Of a DNA stretch of 64,000 bases, positions 62,659 through 64,000 are shown piece after piece; position 1 is the stretch's first letter; each line of letters begins with the position of its first letter. A program made the position numbers and the translations under genes. The notes below the pieces were generated by a model. It ran no database searches. It was not told the origin of the DNA and saw nothing but the letters and a program-made list of their open reading frames with translations. The DNA is from Candidatus Binatus sp. (lineage in GTDB: Bacteria; Desulfobacterota; Binatia; Binatales; Binataceae): NCBI RefSeq assembly GCF_036567905.1, contig NZ_DATCTO010000012.1, positions 55,347 through 119,346 of the forward strand, in the 5' to 3' direction.

Positions 62659-62776
62659 CTTCGCTCAGGACGACACAAAAAACAGATACCACTCGCACAT
62701 CTTCCCCTTAACCAGTTCTAACAGGGACGACGTCCCGCATCTTTGTTTTAATACTGGGTGCAGGGGTCACCCCTGC
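62659..62776 (+). repeat. 118-bp direct repeat, copy 2 (upstream of parB, abutting the parA stop)
   Basis: Matches 61396-61513. Confidence 0.92.
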
Positions 62777-63565
62777 TCACCCCTGCTCAGCCCTGCCCCT
62801 GCCGATAATTTCCGCGGCCAGCGCGCGATAGCCTTCGGCGCCGGCCGACTTCGACTCGTATTCGAGCACGGACAGTCCATGACTGGGGCTTTCCGACATC
62901 CGCACGCTGCGTGGAATCACGCTGCGAAAAACTTTCTCCGGAAAATGCTTTCTGACTTCCGCCGAGATCTCGTGACTGAGGCGATTTCGCGTGTCGAACA
63001 TCGTCAGCACCAGGCCCTCGAGTTCGAGTCCCGGTCTCAGCGCCGCCTTGACCTTGTTGATAGTGCCGAGCAACGCGCTCAATCCCTCGAGCGCGTAGTA
63101 TTCGCACTGCATCGGCACCAGCACCGAATCCGCCGCGACCAATGCGTTGAGCGTGAGAATTCCAAGCGAAGGCGGCGTGTCTATTAGAACATAGTTATAT
63201 TGTTCGCGCAGCGGCTCCAGGAGCGCTCGCAAGCGCCGCTCGCGACCCTCCATCGTCACCAGCTCGATCTCGGCGCCCACCAGGTCGTCGCCCGCCGGCG
63301 CCAGCGACAGCGTCGGGCGCACCTGGCGCAGGATTTCCGCCATCGCCAAGCCGCCGACCAGCGCCTGGTAGATAGTCTTGCCCCCGCCGCGCGCCGCGCT
63401 CACATCCTCGGCCGTGCTGATACCGGAGGTGGCGTTGCCCTGCGGATCGAGGTCGATCAGCAGGACGCGCCGACCCGTGTCAGCCAGCGCAACCGCTAGG
63501 TTGATCGCAGTCGTGGTCTTGCCGACGCCGCCTTTCTGATTGGCTATTGCGATTACCCGCCCCAC
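62777..63565 (-). CDS. parA: Chromosome partitioning ATPase ParA/Soj
   Basis: IANQKGGVGKTTTAINLA, DLDPQGNAT, IDTPPSLG, QCEYYALEGL, IPRSVRMSESPSHG; GTG start at 63565. Confidence 0.96.
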   Translation of the reverse strand: MGRVIAIANQKGGVGKTTTAINLAVALADTGRRVLLIDLDPQGNATSGISTAEDVSAARGGGKTIYQALVGGLAMAEILRQVRPTLSLAPAGDDLVGAEIELVTMEGRERRLRALLEPLREQYNYVLIDTPPSLGILTLNALVAADSVLVPMQCEYYALEGLSALLGTINKVKAALRPGLELEGLVLTMFDTRNRLSHEISAEVRKHFPEKVFRSVIPRSVRMSESPSHGLSVLEYESKSAGAEGYRALAAEIIGRGRAEQG

Positions 63566-63619
63566 GGCCTGCCCCCTGCACCCTCGCAAAGAAGAAGAAC
63601 TAGATCCGAACCGCGCTAA

Positions 63620-63635
63620 CGTTTCACGTGAAACA
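63620..63635. promoter_or_regulatory. parS: parS centromere-like site 1
   Basis: CGTTTCACGTGAAACA matches the tGTTtCACGTGAAACa consensus, immediately upstream of parA. Confidence 0.9.
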
Positions 63636-63734
63636 TCGAGCTCGCAAATAATTAAATCCCCGCGTTCGCGCAAAATCAAATCGCGCGATCACATTCGCGC
63701 AAGCACTTGAATTAACGAGGTTTTTTAGATCGAA

Positions 63735-63750
63735 TGTTTCACGTGAAACG
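63735..63750. promoter_or_regulatory. parS: parS centromere-like site 2
   Basis: TGTTTCACGTGAAACG, 115 bp from site 1. Confidence 0.9.
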
Positions 63751-63805
63751 TGCAGGGGTGACCCCTGCACTCAGTGTTAAGGCCGCCCGCCGTTGTCGCG
63801 CGCGG
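63750..63805. repeat. Partial copy of the 97-bp TTAA-hairpin repeat
   Basis: GTGCAGGGGTGACCCCTGCACTCAGTGTTAAGGCCGCCCGCCGTTGTCGCGCGCGG shares segments with the 58527 and 43716 copies. Confidence 0.85.
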
Positions 63806-63818
63806 GCTCTTCCATCGC

Positions 63819-63892
63819 GTAGTCGCGAAAAGATGCGCTGCGCAGATTTTCGCGTCTTCTCAATGCGGGTGCAGGGGCCGCAGCCCCTGCCG
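63819..63892. repeat. 74-bp dispersed repeat
   Basis: Reverse complement of 22337-22410. Confidence 0.9.
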
Positions 63893-64000
63893 CGCGCCGC
63901 GCAGGCGATTAAGTTTTATTCCTGACTCGGGTGTAGGCGCTGGCCCCTGCACCAGGTCGCGACGACGCGGTTCATCATCTGGCGGCCGTGGCGCAAATCG

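Noticed and set aside
63566-63679. TTG-started parA extension
   Set aside because: It would translate through parS site 1. ParA homology starts at the GTG at 63565.
63917-64000. Possible 3' end of a minus-strand gene entering from the right (DLRHGRQMMNRVVATW...)
   Set aside because: Too short to identify and partly overlapped by a repeat half-site.

Overview
A GC-rich (about 65%) bacterial chromosome segment that is probably origin-proximal, since parA, parB and two parS palindromes lie at the right end. The gene content suggests a deltaproteobacterial-type soil organism, possibly Candidatus Binatia; this is inference only. Most of the window is housekeeping and metabolism: nuoLMN, purU, rsmI, aroQ-accB-accC, ligA, korAB, a DprE1/DprE2-like pair, acyl-CoA catabolism genes, mrp, ino1, coaBC, UDG, NfeD/SPFH, recO, tldD/pmbA, gatCAB, serS and parAB. 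The most unusual part is a 2.9-kb insert between gatA and gatB. It holds two divergent paralogous secreted proteins and an N-terminally truncated, cysteine-rich, lytic-transglycosylase-like ORF. These are separated by two near-identical 52-bp repeats, and every junction repeats the motif CGCGCTCTGAC-N6-TTGCG that contains the gatA stop codon. It looks like a cassette array of orphan toxin-domain/immunity modules built at the gatA 3' end, with no integrase visible in the window. Also notable are a family of TTAA-N4-hairpin REP-like repeats (one overwrites the serS 3' end, two form 118-bp direct repeats bracketing parB), a chimeric low-GC secreted carbohydrate-active protein, and a methyltransferase remnant. 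Function calls come from motif recognition by eye; no database searches were run.
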